This document shows, piece by piece, positions 17,488 to 31,498 of a DNA stretch of 64,000 nt. How positions within the stretch are numbered: position 1 is the stretch's first letter; every line of letters starts with the position of its first letter. A program made the translations under genes and the position numbers. Under the pieces are notes generated by a model, which worked only from the letters and a program-made list of their open reading frames with translations, did not search any database and was not told where the DNA came from. Origin of the DNA: Candidatus Fraserbacteria bacterium (GTDB taxonomy: Bacteria > Bipolaricaulota > Bipolaricaulia > RBG-16-55-9 > DRXL01); NCBI GenBank assembly GCA_947085185.1, contig CAMTVK010000002.1, positions 1 through 64,000 of the forward strand, in the 5' to 3' direction.

Positions 17488-18549
17488 ATGTGGAGCTTCA
17501 TCGTCCGGCGCGTCTTGTATATGATCCCACTGCTCTTTATTATCTCTATCGTCGCTTTCACCGTGGTGAAGCTCCAACCCTCCGATCTGATCGCCCAATG
17601 GAAGTTCAACCCCAGCATCGGCCAGGAGCAATTAGAAAATTTAATCAAACAGTTCGATCTCGATAAAGACCCAGTCACTCAGTATATCAGTTGGATCCGC
17701 AATATCTTCACCAAGGGCGACTGGGGATTCTCGTTCTTCAATAAAGTTCCTGTGTTCGATTATCTCTTTGGCAACGGCAACTTGCTGTATAGCTTGATCA
17801 TTATTTTCGTGACGATGCTCTTCACCTGGGCCATTGCCATCCCCATCGGAATTTATTCGGCTACTCATAAGTACTCTATCTTAGATCACTTCTTGAATTT
17901 TATGGGGTTTGTAGGGCTGTCTATTCCGAACTTCTTGCTCGCTGTGATCTTCTTGCAGCTCATGGTGGCGGTGCTCAAGGTGGGGAGCTGGTGCAACTAC
18001 GAGTGGCTTCGCCCCGTGGTGGAGTTCTTCCGACCAGGCATAGAATGCAGCCCCGGCCAGGGACTGGGCGTGGGGTATCTCTTCGACCAAGAGTATCTGA
18101 CGGCCCCGTGGAGCTGGGAGAGGCTGCGCAATTTCATCTGGCATCTGTGGCCCGTGGTCCTCATCGTGGGCACGGCCAACATCGCGGCTTTGATTCGCTA
18201 CATGCGCGCCAATCTCTTAGACGTGCTCGGGCAGCCGTACGTGCAGACGGCGCGCGCCAAAGGGCTGTCAGAAAGAGTCGTCATCTACAAACACGCCGTG
18301 CGCAACGCCATCAACCCCTTGGTGAGTATGCTGGGATTTTGGATCCCCTTGATGTTCGAGGGGATGCTCGTCACGTCCGCGGTGCTCAGTTTACAGACGG
18401 TCGAACGCGCTTACTATGAGGCCTTATACACTCATGACCAGTGGGTCATCATGGGAGGATTGCTCTACTTTGGGGGCATCTTGTTAGTGGGGAATCTGCT
18501 CGCCGATATCCTGCTTGCTGTCGTAGACCCCAAGATTCGCTATGAATGA
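17488..18549 (+). CDS. Peptide/oligosaccharide ABC transporter permease (OppB/DppB family)
   Basis: FIVRR, GDWG.S, YVQTARAKGL, KHAVRNA, DP.IRY. Confidence 0.9.
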   Translation: MWSFIVRRVLYMIPLLFIISIVAFTVVKLQPSDLIAQWKFNPSIGQEQLENLIKQFDLDKDPVTQYISWIRNIFTKGDWGFSFFNKVPVFDYLFGNGNLLYSLIIIFVTMLFTWAIAIPIGIYSATHKYSILDHFLNFMGFVGLSIPNFLLAVIFLQLMVAVLKVGSWCNYEWLRPVVEFFRPGIECSPGQGLGVGYLFDQEYLTAPWSWERLRNFIWHLWPVVLIVGTANIAALIRYMRANLLDVLGQPYVQTARAKGLSERVVIYKHAVRNAINPLVSMLGFWIPLMFEGMLVTSAVLSLQTVERAYYEALYTHDQWVIMGGLLYFGGILLVGNLLADILLAVVDPKIRYE

Positions 18550-19771
18550 GCACGCTCCGGAAGTCCACCCTGTCTCCCAGTGGCGCTTGATCTGGCGACG
18601 GTTTAAGCACCACAAGATCGGGCTCATCGGCACCGCGATCATTCTGCTCTTTTATGTGATCTTCGTCGTGCTGGCGGAATTCATCGCCCCGTATAACTAT
18701 AATAATGAGCACCGGGAATTCGGCTACGTCCCCCCGATGATCTCGAAGATTCGGTTCTGGGACAAGGACGGGAGATTTTCATTCAAGCCGTTCGTCTACG
18801 GTCTGAAGAAGTGTCAAGTCTATCTGAACCCGATCACCGGCGAGCAGACCTGCGAAGATAACCCGTTCTTTCTCTTTCAGCCGGGCAAGTACATGTGGCT
18901 GGAAGACACAGACTATAAGTGTACTCTCGAGCTCTTTGTCCGGGGGGAGCCCTATCGCTTCTGGGGTCTGTGGCGCACGGATATCCATCTCTTTGGGGTG
19001 CGGCAAGAGGGGGTCCCATTCGACCCGTACTCTCTAGACAAATCCCCGTGTCAGCTCTTTCTCTTTGGGTCCGATAAATTGGGCTATGACATCTTCTCCA
19101 TGACGCTGGTGGGGGGCAAGATCTCGCTGCTCATCGGGCCGATTGTGATCGTCATTGCGTTTTTCGTAGGGATCTTGCTTGGGGGCATCTCGGGGTATTA
19201 CGGGGGGGGCATAGATACGTTCATTCAGCGGGTGATCGAGATCTTCATGGCGTTGCCCCGGTTAGCGTTGCTCTTGGCGCTCTCGCTCATTCTTTCTGCC
19301 AACAAGCTCTACGGCATGGCGACGTTTTGGGGGATCGTGGTGATTTTGTCCCTTGTGAGCTGGGCGCCGCTGGCGCGCGTCATCCGCGGGCAATTTTTAG
19401 CCCTGCGCGAATCGGAGTTCATCGCGGCAGCCAAGGCCATCGGTAGCGGAGACCTGCGCATCATCCTCAAGCACATCCTCCCCAATACCATGAGCTATCT
19501 CGTGGTCGCGGCAACGCTGACCATCCCCAATATTATCATCTTGGAGAGCACGCTCAGCTTCTTGCGCTTAGGGATACGCGCCCCGCTCACTAGCTGGGGG
19601 GTCCTGATGCAAGAGGCCTGGTTCACAAGTGTCATTCAGAACTATCCGTGGTTTCTGATCCCCGGGATCTTTATCGTGCTGTCGGTGCTGGCATTTAACT
19701 TCATGGGCGACGCCCTGCGCGATGCCGTCGACCCCTTCACGGTCACGGGCATCAAAGAAGAAGCCACGTAA
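18542..19771 (+). CDS. Peptide/oligosaccharide ABC transporter permease (OppC/DppC family)
   Basis: FGSDKLG.D, ISGYYGG..D, EFI.AAKAIG, HILPN, GDALRDA.DP. Confidence 0.9.
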   Translation: MNEHAPEVHPVSQWRLIWRRFKHHKIGLIGTAIILLFYVIFVVLAEFIAPYNYNNEHREFGYVPPMISKIRFWDKDGRFSFKPFVYGLKKCQVYLNPITGEQTCEDNPFFLFQPGKYMWLEDTDYKCTLELFVRGEPYRFWGLWRTDIHLFGVRQEGVPFDPYSLDKSPCQLFLFGSDKLGYDIFSMTLVGGKISLLIGPIVIVIAFFVGILLGGISGYYGGGIDTFIQRVIEIFMALPRLALLLALSLILSANKLYGMATFWGIVVILSLVSWAPLARVIRGQFLALRESEFIAAAKAIGSGDLRIILKHILPNTMSYLVVAATLTIPNIIILESTLSFLRLGIRAPLTSWGVLMQEAWFTSVIQNYPWFLIPGIFIVLSVLAFNFMGDALRDAVDPFTVTGIKEEAT

Positions 19772-19916
19772 AAGCGACTCTCCCCCAGCTCCCAGAGCGT
19801 GCCTGCTGCCGTCACCCATCGGGGAGACAGATTGTCGGAATCACTTGATTTTTTCTGCATTTTTCAGTATTATGGTCTGTCTTTTAGCAGACCTTCCAAG
19901 GGGGGAATAGAACATT

Positions 19917-23681
<3,765 letters not shown>

Positions 23682-23687
23682 GCAGCC

Positions 23688-25103
23688 ATGCGCACGGTGA
23701 TCGGGCTAGAAGTCCACGCGCAGCTCCTGACCAAGACTAAGCTCTTTTGTAGCTGCTCAGCAGACTATTTCGGTGCGTCCCCAAACGCACATACGTGTCC
23801 AGTCTGCTTGGGGATGCCCGGCGCACTGCCGGTGCTCAACGAGCAAGCCCTCGAATATGCGCTAAGAGCAGCCCTGGCCCTCCAGTGTGAGATCCCCTTG
23901 CGCTCGAGCTTCGCCCGGAAGAATTATTTTTACCCCGATCTTCCCAAGGGCTATCAGATCTCGCAATTTGACGAACCATTAGCTGTCAAGGGCTCCGTGG
24001 ACTTGCCCACGGGCAAGCACATCAGAATTCGGCGCGTCCATCTTGAAGAAGACGCCGGGAAGCTGCTTCACACCGAAGATGGGGTCAGCTTGGTTGATTT
24101 CAATCGCGCCGGGGTCCCGCTGATCGAGATCGTCAGCGAGCCTGAGCTGAGCTCCCCGCAAGAAGCGCGACTCTTTATGGAAGAGCTTCGCAGGATCTTG
24201 CGCTATCTTGGGGTCTGCAGCGGCGACATGGAGGAGGGCTCGCTGCGGTGCGACGCGAATATCTCTGTGAGCCTGGACGAAAAGCTGGGCACGAAGATCG
24301 AGATAAAAAATATGAACTCGTTCCGAGCTGTCGAAGCGGCGCTGGAGTATGAAGTGCAGCGGCAGCGAGAGATCCTTGAGCGTGGCGATTCTCTCATCCA
24401 AGAGACGCGACTCTGGAACGAAAAGACAGAGAAGACTGAGCCGATGCGCACTAAAGAAGAATCCGAAGACTATCGCTACTTCCCCGACCCAGATCTCGTC
24501 CCTCTGCAGATCGCCGATGTCTGGAGAGAGAGGGTGCGCAGCTCGCTCCCGGAGCTGCCTGCAGCAAAGCGCCTCCGCTGGGAACAAGACTATAAATTGC
24601 CCGCATACGATATCATCGTGCTCACCGAAGAACGCCCCATCGCTGAATATTTTGAAGCCGTGGTCAAGCTCTATAATCACCCTAAAGACGTGAGCAACTG
24701 GATGATGTCAGAGCTCTTGAGATTGCTCAAAGAGCGCCAATCTCTCGAGATTGCGATCAAACCGGAGCACTTTGCCCAGGTGCTGGAGATGGTGCGCTCA
24801 GGACAGATCAACCGCACCGTAGCCAAAGACGTCATCGTTGAGTCCTTCAAGACCGGGAGAGCTCCCCAAGAGATCGTGCGCGACAAGGGGCTCAGACAGA
24901 TCTCCGACGAAAGCACTCTAGCCGAGATCGTCGCCAAGGTTCTGGCTGAGAATCCCAAAGCCGTAGCAGATTTTCAAGCGGGCAAAGAAGCGGCCCTGGG
25001 ATTTTTACAGGGCCAAGTGATGAAGGCTACAGCGGGCAAGGCCGATCCCAAAAAGACCCGCGATGTGCTCCTCCAGAAGCTGCGCGAGCTCCGACTCAGA
25101 TGA
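23688..25103 (+). CDS. gatB: Asp/Glu-tRNA amidotransferase subunit B
   Basis: [44 protein letters not shown]. Confidence 0.97.
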   Translation: MRTVIGLEVHAQLLTKTKLFCSCSADYFGASPNAHTCPVCLGMPGALPVLNEQALEYALRAALALQCEIPLRSSFARKNYFYPDLPKGYQISQFDEPLAVKGSVDLPTGKHIRIRRVHLEEDAGKLLHTEDGVSLVDFNRAGVPLIEIVSEPELSSPQEARLFMEELRRILRYLGVCSGDMEEGSLRCDANISVSLDEKLGTKIEIKNMNSFRAVEAALEYEVQRQREILERGDSLIQETRLWNEKTEKTEPMRTKEESEDYRYFPDPDLVPLQIADVWRERVRSSLPELPAAKRLRWEQDYKLPAYDIIVLTEERPIAEYFEAVVKLYNHPKDVSNWMMSELLRLLKERQSLEIAIKPEHFAQVLEMVRSGQINRTVAKDVIVESFKTGRAPQEIVRDKGLRQISDESTLAEIVAKVLAENPKAVADFQAGKEAALGFLQGQVMKATAGKADPKKTRDVLLQKLRELRLR

Positions 25104-25491
25104 CAGCACTCACCCCGCAGGGGGCACGCTGAGCACTGCGAACTCCCTTGCCGCGGCTGATCTCAAGCTGAAGGACGTGTCCCCTAAGCCCCTGAGCGAT
25201 GACCTTGACGGCGGCTTCAAGGTCCATCTTCGGTCCGCACGTGAAGATATCTATTGCGGCGTAGCGGTACTCTGGCCACGTATGAATTGTCAGATGGGAT
25301 TCCGCGATGACGACCACGCCGCTGACGCCGTAGGGATTGAAGTGATGGAAGACGCTTTGGATGACAGTCGCATGAGCCGCTCGTGCGGCCGCAACCAAGA
25401 GTTGTTCCAGCGCTTGGGCGTCATCGAGAAGATGGGGATCAGCGTCCCAGACCTCCACAATGAGATGGCGCCCCAAGGCCTGCTCCCGCAT
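25096..25491 (-). CDS. speD: S-adenosylmethionine decarboxylase proenzyme
   Basis: [31 protein letters not shown]. Confidence 0.93.
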   Translation of the reverse strand: MREQALGRHLIVEVWDADPHLLDDAQALEQLLVAAARAAHATVIQSVFHHFNPYGVSGVVVIAESHLTIHTWPEYRYAAIDIFTCGPKMDLEAAVKVIAQGLRGHVLQLEISRGKGVRSAQRAPCGVSAVI

Positions 25492-25494
25492 GGC

Positions 25495-26550
25495 TCACCT
25501 CCTTGGCTTTATGAGAGAATCTTGGTCATAGTAGATATCCACCTCCTCCCCAAGGGAGCGACGACGCGGCGGTCGAAAGCCTGCAAGCGTTTCGACGCGA
25601 AAGAACGTAGAACGATACCAGGGCCGATCCGGAGCCTGCGACACCAACGCCGATCGAGTTGTCTCGACCAAATACTCCCAATTCTCGTACAACCCGAAAT
25701 CCCGCACTATATCGGAGATGAACAGATCGTGCTGACCAACGAGCTGTTGCTCAAAGAGACGCCACTTTTGAGGAGCTGCTTCGATCTTGGTCAAGCCGAA
25801 GTACCCCGCTTGACCAGCGCCTGGCTTGAGCAACGATAAGCCCTGCTCGACAAAGAGCAAAAAGCCTTCAAGAGTTTCTACCGGATCGGTGACGAAGACA
25901 TCACATTGCGCTACACACTCCTCAGGCAAAGACTGACGCAGATCTTGGGTATAAGCGCGCAATGGCCACCGAGCGCACTGAGCTTGGTCGTTGAGAAATT
26001 CCACAAGGCGCTCATCTATCTCGAAGACGATGATCCGCGCAGGGCGCCCCGTCAACGCCAACGCGACGCTGAGCAGATCGTCATCCCCTAAGAGAGCGAT
26101 CTGTTTCTTAGTAAGGTCGCCGCAGCGATCCATCCAAGCGACACGCTTGATGACCGAGTCTGCTGTCAAGAATCCTTGGTCGAACTCTCTGATCGCAGGG
26201 GGACGGCGCTGAGCGATCTGGGAGAATTTTTGCTGGAGTTCTGGGAGAGGAGCAGGGCCGACGGCACAGCAGGAGCACGGCTTCCCCACTGGAGGAGAGA
26301 GCGCAATCCCCCAGTGCTCCAATGCCCTTCGGCCCGCAGGAGTGAATTCCAGCGCGCGCCCGTCTAGGCGCAGATACCCCAGCTCACACAATGTCTCTAT
26401 GAGAGCCATAAGGTGGGGGAACGGACGCTCGCACGCGCCCGCCGCTTGCCAGACATCAGACTCCTGACTGAGGGCCTGCAGCATCCGGCGCACATCAGCT
26501 TCGGAGAGGGACGATGACCGTCGCTGCAGGCACTGTAACAATTCCTGCAT
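25495..26550 (-). CDS. bpsA: N4-bis(aminopropyl)spermidine synthase (branched-chain polyamine synthase, DUF43)
   Basis: FDQG, LGDDDL.S, EIDERL, DLR, TDP.ET..G, GYFGLT..EA...KW. Lies next to speD. Confidence 0.85.
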   Translation of the reverse strand: MQELLQCLQRRSSSLSEADVRRMLQALSQESDVWQAAGACERPFPHLMALIETLCELGYLRLDGRALEFTPAGRRALEHWGIALSPPVGKPCSCCAVGPAPLPELQQKFSQIAQRRPPAIREFDQGFLTADSVIKRVAWMDRCGDLTKKQIALLGDDDLLSVALALTGRPARIIVFEIDERLVEFLNDQAQCARWPLRAYTQDLRQSLPEECVAQCDVFVTDPVETLEGFLLFVEQGLSLLKPGAGQAGYFGLTKIEAAPQKWRLFEQQLVGQHDLFISDIVRDFGLYENWEYLVETTRSALVSQAPDRPWYRSTFFRVETLAGFRPPRRRSLGEEVDIYYDQDSLIKPRR

Positions 26551-26691
26551 GGCGATCACCTGCAAAAGCAAAACGGACTTGCCTTCCACACAACCACACC
26601 ATTGCGCAAGCTCTGCCTCTTGCGCCCTAGCACGGGGCTTCAGACAAGCCCAGCATGTTTATTATACCGTCCCTGCGCTTCTGAGGCAAGG

Positions 26692-27162
26692 TTATCGGCG
26701 CCGCTCGTTCAAGCGATAGGCTGCAATCCCAAACGCCACCGCGACATTGAGAGATTCCTTCTTCCCGTGCATGGGAAGCGTAAGAATCGCGTCGGCGCGC
26801 CTGAGAAGAGCCTGAGAGAGCCCGGTGACTTCGTTGCCCACCACGAGCGCCATGGGAAATTGGGGGATGAACTCGCGATAGTCTATCGTCGGAAGCTCAA
26901 TGTTATTCTCTAAAGCTACGATCTGGACACCTTGAGCTTTGAGGCGCTCCAGCAAGCGCCACGTCTGAGGGACGTGCTCCCACGGGACGGCCTTCTCGGC
27001 TCCTAACGCGACTTTCTCGATCTCATAGCGCGGCGGCGTCGGCGTGTAGCCGCACAGATAGATCTTCGTCACTCCAGCAGCGTCGGCGGTGCGAAAGATC
27101 GCGCCGACGTTAAACGTGCTGCGAATATTGTCGCAGACCACATAGAACTCTTGCGTGAACAT
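26692..27162 (-). CDS. TrmH/SpoU-family RNA methyltransferase
   Basis: DNIRS.FNVGAIFRTADA, GNEVTG, PM.G.KESLNVAVA. Confidence 0.9.
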   Translation of the reverse strand: MFTQEFYVVCDNIRSTFNVGAIFRTADAAGVTKIYLCGYTPTPPRYEIEKVALGAEKAVPWEHVPQTWRLLERLKAQGVQIVALENNIELPTIDYREFIPQFPMALVVGNEVTGLSQALLRRADAILTLPMHGKKESLNVAVAFGIAAYRLNERRR

Positions 27163-27182
27163 TCTCTCTAATAGTATACTGA

Positions 27183-28676
27183 ATGCGCATGATCGAGCTT
27201 GATGGCCATTCTCTGACCCTTGAAGCCGCAAAAAAGATCGTCTTTGTCAAAGAGCCCGTCTCACTTGCGCCCAGCGCTCTGGAGCGCGTGCGTGGTGCTC
27301 GCGCCCTCGTGGAGAAGCTCATCGTGACGGGACAAAGAGTCTATGGGATCAACACGGGCTTTGGGAAGCTGAGCGCCCAGACGATCCCCCGCGAAAAACT
27401 CTCGTTGCTCCAAGAGAATTTGCTCAAAAGCCACGCGGTCGGCGTAGGGGAGCCCTTGCCTGATGAAGTCGCGCGTGCGGCCTTGCTCTTTCGGGTAAAT
27501 TCGCTCTTGCAGGGGCGATCGGGAGTTCGCGTTGAGATCGTCGAGTATCTCAAAGAATTTCTCAATCACGGGGTTGTCCCCATCATTCCCGACAAGGGCT
27601 CTGTCGGCTCCAGCGGAGATCTAGCGCCCTTGGCCCATCTGGCGCTGCTTTTGATCGGCGAAGGCCATGCCAAGCTCCGCGAAAAAGTGCTTCCCGGACG
27701 GGAGGTGCTCACCGCGCTGAAGCTCCCCCCCTTGCGCTTGGCCCCCAAGGAGGGACTGGCACTCATCAACGGGACGCAGGTCACGCTCGCACTGGGATTT
27801 GTCGCGCTCGTGCGCGCCCAGAGTCTTTTAGCCCAAGCACAAGCGATCAGTGCGCTGGCCGTCGAAGCCCTGCGCGGCCATACCGACGCTTTCGATGAGC
27901 GTTTACATCAAGCACGCCCGCATCCTGGACAGCAACGCGTCGCGCAAGCGCTGCGCGCCTGGCTCTCTGACAGTAAGCTCGTCAACAGCCGCACCGACGA
28001 CGTCCAAGACAATTACACGCTGCGCTGTATCCCTCAAGTGCTCGGGGCGTCCGCCGATGCGCTCGATTTTGTGCAGCACAAGTTCGAGATCGAGATGAAC
28101 TCCGCGACAGATAACCCCTTGGTCTTCGCGGAGTCGGGCGACGTGCTTTCTGGGGGGAATTTTCATGGGCAGATCTTGGCATTCTGTTGTGAGCTCCTGG
28201 GGCAAGCCGTCGCAGAGGTCGGGAACTTCTCAGAGCGGCGCATTGCGCTCTTGCTCGAAGCGCCAGATCTCCCAAAGTTTTTAATCCAAGACAGCGGACT
28301 CAATTCGGGCCTGATGGTCCCACAATATACGGCAGCAGCGCTCGTCGCCGAGAACAAAATCTTAGCTCATCCTGCCAGTGTCGACTCCATTCCCACGTCA
28401 GGGGGCAAAGAAGACCATAACAGCATGGCGACCACGTCGGCGTACAAAGCCCTCCACATCGTCAGGAACGTCGAGATCATCTTAGCTATAGAGCTGCTGA
28501 CCGTCCGACAAGCGCTCAGCTTTCGCGATCCGTCTCTGATGGCCCCGCGCACTCGCGCGCTCTATCAACGCATTTCCCAACAAATCCCCCCACTGGCAAA
28601 TGATCGGCTCTTGCAGTATGATATTCACCGAGCGATCCAAATAATACAGGAGGGTAAGTGGTTTAATGGGGTTTAA
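27183..28676 (+). CDS. hutH: Histidine ammonia-lyase
   Basis: VYGINTGFG, SHAVG, GSVGSSGDLAPLA, KEGLALING, QD.Y.LRC.PQ, SGGNFHG. Confidence 0.9.
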   Translation: MRMIELDGHSLTLEAAKKIVFVKEPVSLAPSALERVRGARALVEKLIVTGQRVYGINTGFGKLSAQTIPREKLSLLQENLLKSHAVGVGEPLPDEVARAALLFRVNSLLQGRSGVRVEIVEYLKEFLNHGVVPIIPDKGSVGSSGDLAPLAHLALLLIGEGHAKLREKVLPGREVLTALKLPPLRLAPKEGLALINGTQVTLALGFVALVRAQSLLAQAQAISALAVEALRGHTDAFDERLHQARPHPGQQRVAQALRAWLSDSKLVNSRTDDVQDNYTLRCIPQVLGASADALDFVQHKFEIEMNSATDNPLVFAESGDVLSGGNFHGQILAFCCELLGQAVAEVGNFSERRIALLLEAPDLPKFLIQDSGLNSGLMVPQYTAAALVAENKILAHPASVDSIPTSGGKEDHNSMATTSAYKALHIVRNVEIILAIELLTVRQALSFRDPSLMAPRTRALYQRISQQIPPLANDRLLQYDIHRAIQIIQEGKWFNGV

Positions 28677-29559
28677 GTCGGGGTTTGTGGGAGTTCTCGG
28701 GCAAGCCAATGCGGGGAAATCGAGCTTCATCAATGCCCTCATGGGCAAGAAGCTTTTGATAGTCTCTGAGAAGCGCCAGTCCACGCGACATCGGATCAAG
28801 TGCGTGCTCACCCTGCCGGGCGCTCAGATTATCTTCGTTGATACCCCAGGGCTCCATCAGCCCGTTGACAAACTCAGCAAATATCTCTTAAAGCAGGCCT
28901 ACGCTGCCCTCGATGGCCTCGACGTCTTAGTCTATATGACCGAGCCGTGGGGCAAGCTCCACGAATACGACGAAAAAGTCTTTGACCATATCAGAGATTT
29001 CACCAACCCTATGGTGCTCTTAATTAATAAAATAGATCTCGCCTCCAAAGAGCAGCTCGAAGAGACCAAGACCGCTTATCACCAGACGGGGCTCTTCCGC
29101 GAGATCATCCCGATCTCGTGCACGCACGGGATCAATCTGGGGCTTGCAGCCAATACTATCGCGGAGTTCCTCCCCGAGGGCTCCCCGTACTTCGAAGATG
29201 ACACTCAGTTAGATCGCCCTGTAGAATTTGTGATCGCCGAGACCATCCGAGAGAAGATCTATCAGCTCACCCATAAAGAGATCCCGTACTCGACCGGAGT
29301 CGAGGTCGTCCACATGAAGGAGCGCGAAGACGGTACGCTCATTGACATCATAGCCAATATCTATGTAGCGCGGGAATCTCAAAAGCCTATACTCATCGGC
29401 AACGGCGGCCGCATGATCAAAGAGATCGGACGTTTAGCACGACAAGATATCGAAGCGTTTTTGGGTAAGCACGTCTACTTAGATCTCCACGTGAAGGTCC
29501 GTCCCGGTTGGAACGAAGATGACGCCGAGATCGCCAAGATGCTCGGACGCGAGGGGTAG
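28666..29559 (+). CDS. era: GTPase Era
   Basis: G1 G..NAGKS, DTPG, NKID, E.IREK, KH domain. Confidence 0.95.
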   Translation: MGFKSGFVGVLGQANAGKSSFINALMGKKLLIVSEKRQSTRHRIKCVLTLPGAQIIFVDTPGLHQPVDKLSKYLLKQAYAALDGLDVLVYMTEPWGKLHEYDEKVFDHIRDFTNPMVLLINKIDLASKEQLEETKTAYHQTGLFREIIPISCTHGINLGLAANTIAEFLPEGSPYFEDDTQLDRPVEFVIAETIREKIYQLTHKEIPYSTGVEVVHMKEREDGTLIDIIANIYVARESQKPILIGNGGRMIKEIGRLARQDIEAFLGKHVYLDLHVKVRPGWNEDDAEIAKMLGREG

Positions 29560-29564
29560 CTCCT

Positions 29565-30647
29565 ATGGACGAGTCCGATACTCAGTTCCCCGTGGGGCTC
29601 TATCGAGAGCTCATCGCTCTTGGCACACAGATCCTTCAGAACTCCGATACGCGCGCGATTCTCAAAGAAGTCGCACGCGTCTTTGCCAAACATTCGCGCT
29701 TTGAGAGGGTCGGCGTCTCGATCTATAGAACACCGGTCTCCCCCGACCATCCCGATCCCCCTCCTATTGCTGAGTACATCACGGTGGGGCTTTCTCCAGA
29801 ACAAGAGCAGCTCCTGCGGCAACGCCGCGCCGCAGGAAAGATTCTCTCCGATAAACAGATTCTCGAATCGGGCCGCCCCATCGGACCTGTGCTCTACGTC
29901 TCCTCGGAGCGGCTGCCTCAGTTGCGCCACTACGCCGTAGCTCAAGCCACCACAAGCACCGAGTGGGGGCCGCATGATATGCTCTACTGGCTCCTGAGAT
30001 CTGGAGATCAGATCTTCGGGAGGATCGCGCTCTCCCAGCCCCGGGATGGACGCCTGCCCACCCCCAGCGAGCTCGAGCCCTTGGCCCTGATAGTGACTAT
30101 GGCGACCTTAGCTCTCGCCAATAGCCATCAGATGCATGCCCTTCGCGAACAACAGCACAAACTCTCCGAACAAGCACGCCACGATCCTCTCACTGGCGTC
30201 TACAACCGCCGAGCTCTAGATGAGATATTGAATGAGCTCATGCGCGCCCACACGCCCTTTACGCTCGTCTTTTTGGACATAGACAATTTCTTCGCCGTCA
30301 ACGATCAGTTTGGACATCTTGTGGGAGATCGAGTCATCCAAGAATTTGCGCAGTTCTTGCGAGACATCATCCGCAAGACCGACAGTCTCTTCCGATACGG
30401 CGGCGACGAATTTATTATTCTCATGCCTCAGACGACCGCCGAGCAGGCCGAACAAGTCCTGGCACGGCTTCAGCCGGAGCTCCACAAGCGCAGCGAGCAG
30501 TGGGCCGGGGAGCTTCCAGGGGTGCAGCTCTCGATCAGTGTAGGAGTCTCCTCGTGGTCGCCCCAGAACCCTCGCCCACTTGAAGACATATTTGAAGAAG
30601 CCGACCAATTTATGTATCGTCGAAAGAGAGCACGTCAGCATCTATGA
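29565..30647 (+). CDS. Diguanylate cyclase (GAF-like plus GGDEF)
   Basis: HDPLTG.YNRR, DIDNF..VND.FGH..GD, RYGGDEF and an RxxD I-site. Confidence 0.9.
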   Translation: MDESDTQFPVGLYRELIALGTQILQNSDTRAILKEVARVFAKHSRFERVGVSIYRTPVSPDHPDPPPIAEYITVGLSPEQEQLLRQRRAAGKILSDKQILESGRPIGPVLYVSSERLPQLRHYAVAQATTSTEWGPHDMLYWLLRSGDQIFGRIALSQPRDGRLPTPSELEPLALIVTMATLALANSHQMHALREQQHKLSEQARHDPLTGVYNRRALDEILNELMRAHTPFTLVFLDIDNFFAVNDQFGHLVGDRVIQEFAQFLRDIIRKTDSLFRYGGDEFIILMPQTTAEQAEQVLARLQPELHKRSEQWAGELPGVQLSISVGVSSWSPQNPRPLEDIFEEADQFMYRRKRARQHL

Positions 30648-31498
30648 TCACGATCCGTCCGCTGCAGACGCTCGAAGAGCTTCACGCGTGCGAGAACCTC
30701 CAGAAACGGATCTGGGGCTTTGACGATATCAGCATTGTGCCCCATCACGTCCTGCTGACGACCATCAAGAACGGAGGGGTTCTGCTTGGAGCGTTCGAGA
30801 CGGAAGAGAAGCTCATTGGGTTTGTCTACGGCTTCCCCGGCATTGAGCACGGGAAGCTCAAGCATTGTTCTCTGATGTGCGCGGTCCTGCCGGAGCGGCG
30901 CTTTCAGGGCGTGGGGTATCAGCTCAAACTCAAGCAACGCGAGGCCGTGCTCGCCCAGAACATTGAGCTTATCACCTGGACATTCGACCCGCTCGTGAGC
31001 CCCAACGCGTACTTTAATCTTCATAAGCTTGGCGTCATTGCACACACATACGAGCGCAATCTCTACGGCGATATGCGAGATCGTCTCAACGCTGGGCTAG
31101 AAACGGATCGCCTCACCGTCGAGTGGTGGATCGCCAGCCCGCGCGTGCACGCGCGGCTGCGCGGGGACCCCACCCCCCAGCCCCTTATGAGCGAGAACGG
31201 GGAGCTTCCCGTCATCAACGAGACCGAAGAGCGCGACGGATTTCTCGTCAATCGCGAGTATGCCCTCAATCATACTGAGAAACAGCTACTCTTAGAGATC
31301 CCCTATCATTGGCAGAAGATGCGCGAGCAGAAGATCGAACTGACTCGGCGCTGGCGCTCGGAGACGCGCGAGATCTTCGAGCACTATTTTGCTCACGGCT
31401 ATGTTGCAAGCGATTTTCTCGTGCTCGAGCGCGAGGGGCGCAAGCGCACGTTCTATCTCCTAGAAAAAACACATAAAGAAGAGCTGCTACAACGATGA
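30644..31498 (+). CDS. GNAT-family acyltransferase (D-amino acid N-succinyltransferase-like)
   Basis: GVGYQLKL.QR, ITWTFDPL..NAYFN..KLG, TDRL.VEW. Translationally coupled to OSBS/NSAR. Confidence 0.8.
   Translation: MITIRPLQTLEELHACENLQKRIWGFDDISIVPHHVLLTTIKNGGVLLGAFETEEKLIGFVYGFPGIEHGKLKHCSLMCAVLPERRFQGVGYQLKLKQREAVLAQNIELITWTFDPLVSPNAYFNLHKLGVIAHTYERNLYGDMRDRLNAGLETDRLTVEWWIASPRVHARLRGDPTPQPLMSENGELPVINETEERDGFLVNREYALNHTEKQLLLEIPYHWQKMREQKIELTRRWRSETREIFEHYFAHGYVASDFLVLEREGRKRTFYLLEKTHKEELLQR

Noticed and set aside
25063..25839. 258-aa plus-strand ORF
   Set aside because: Antisense to the well-supported speD and bpsA genes.
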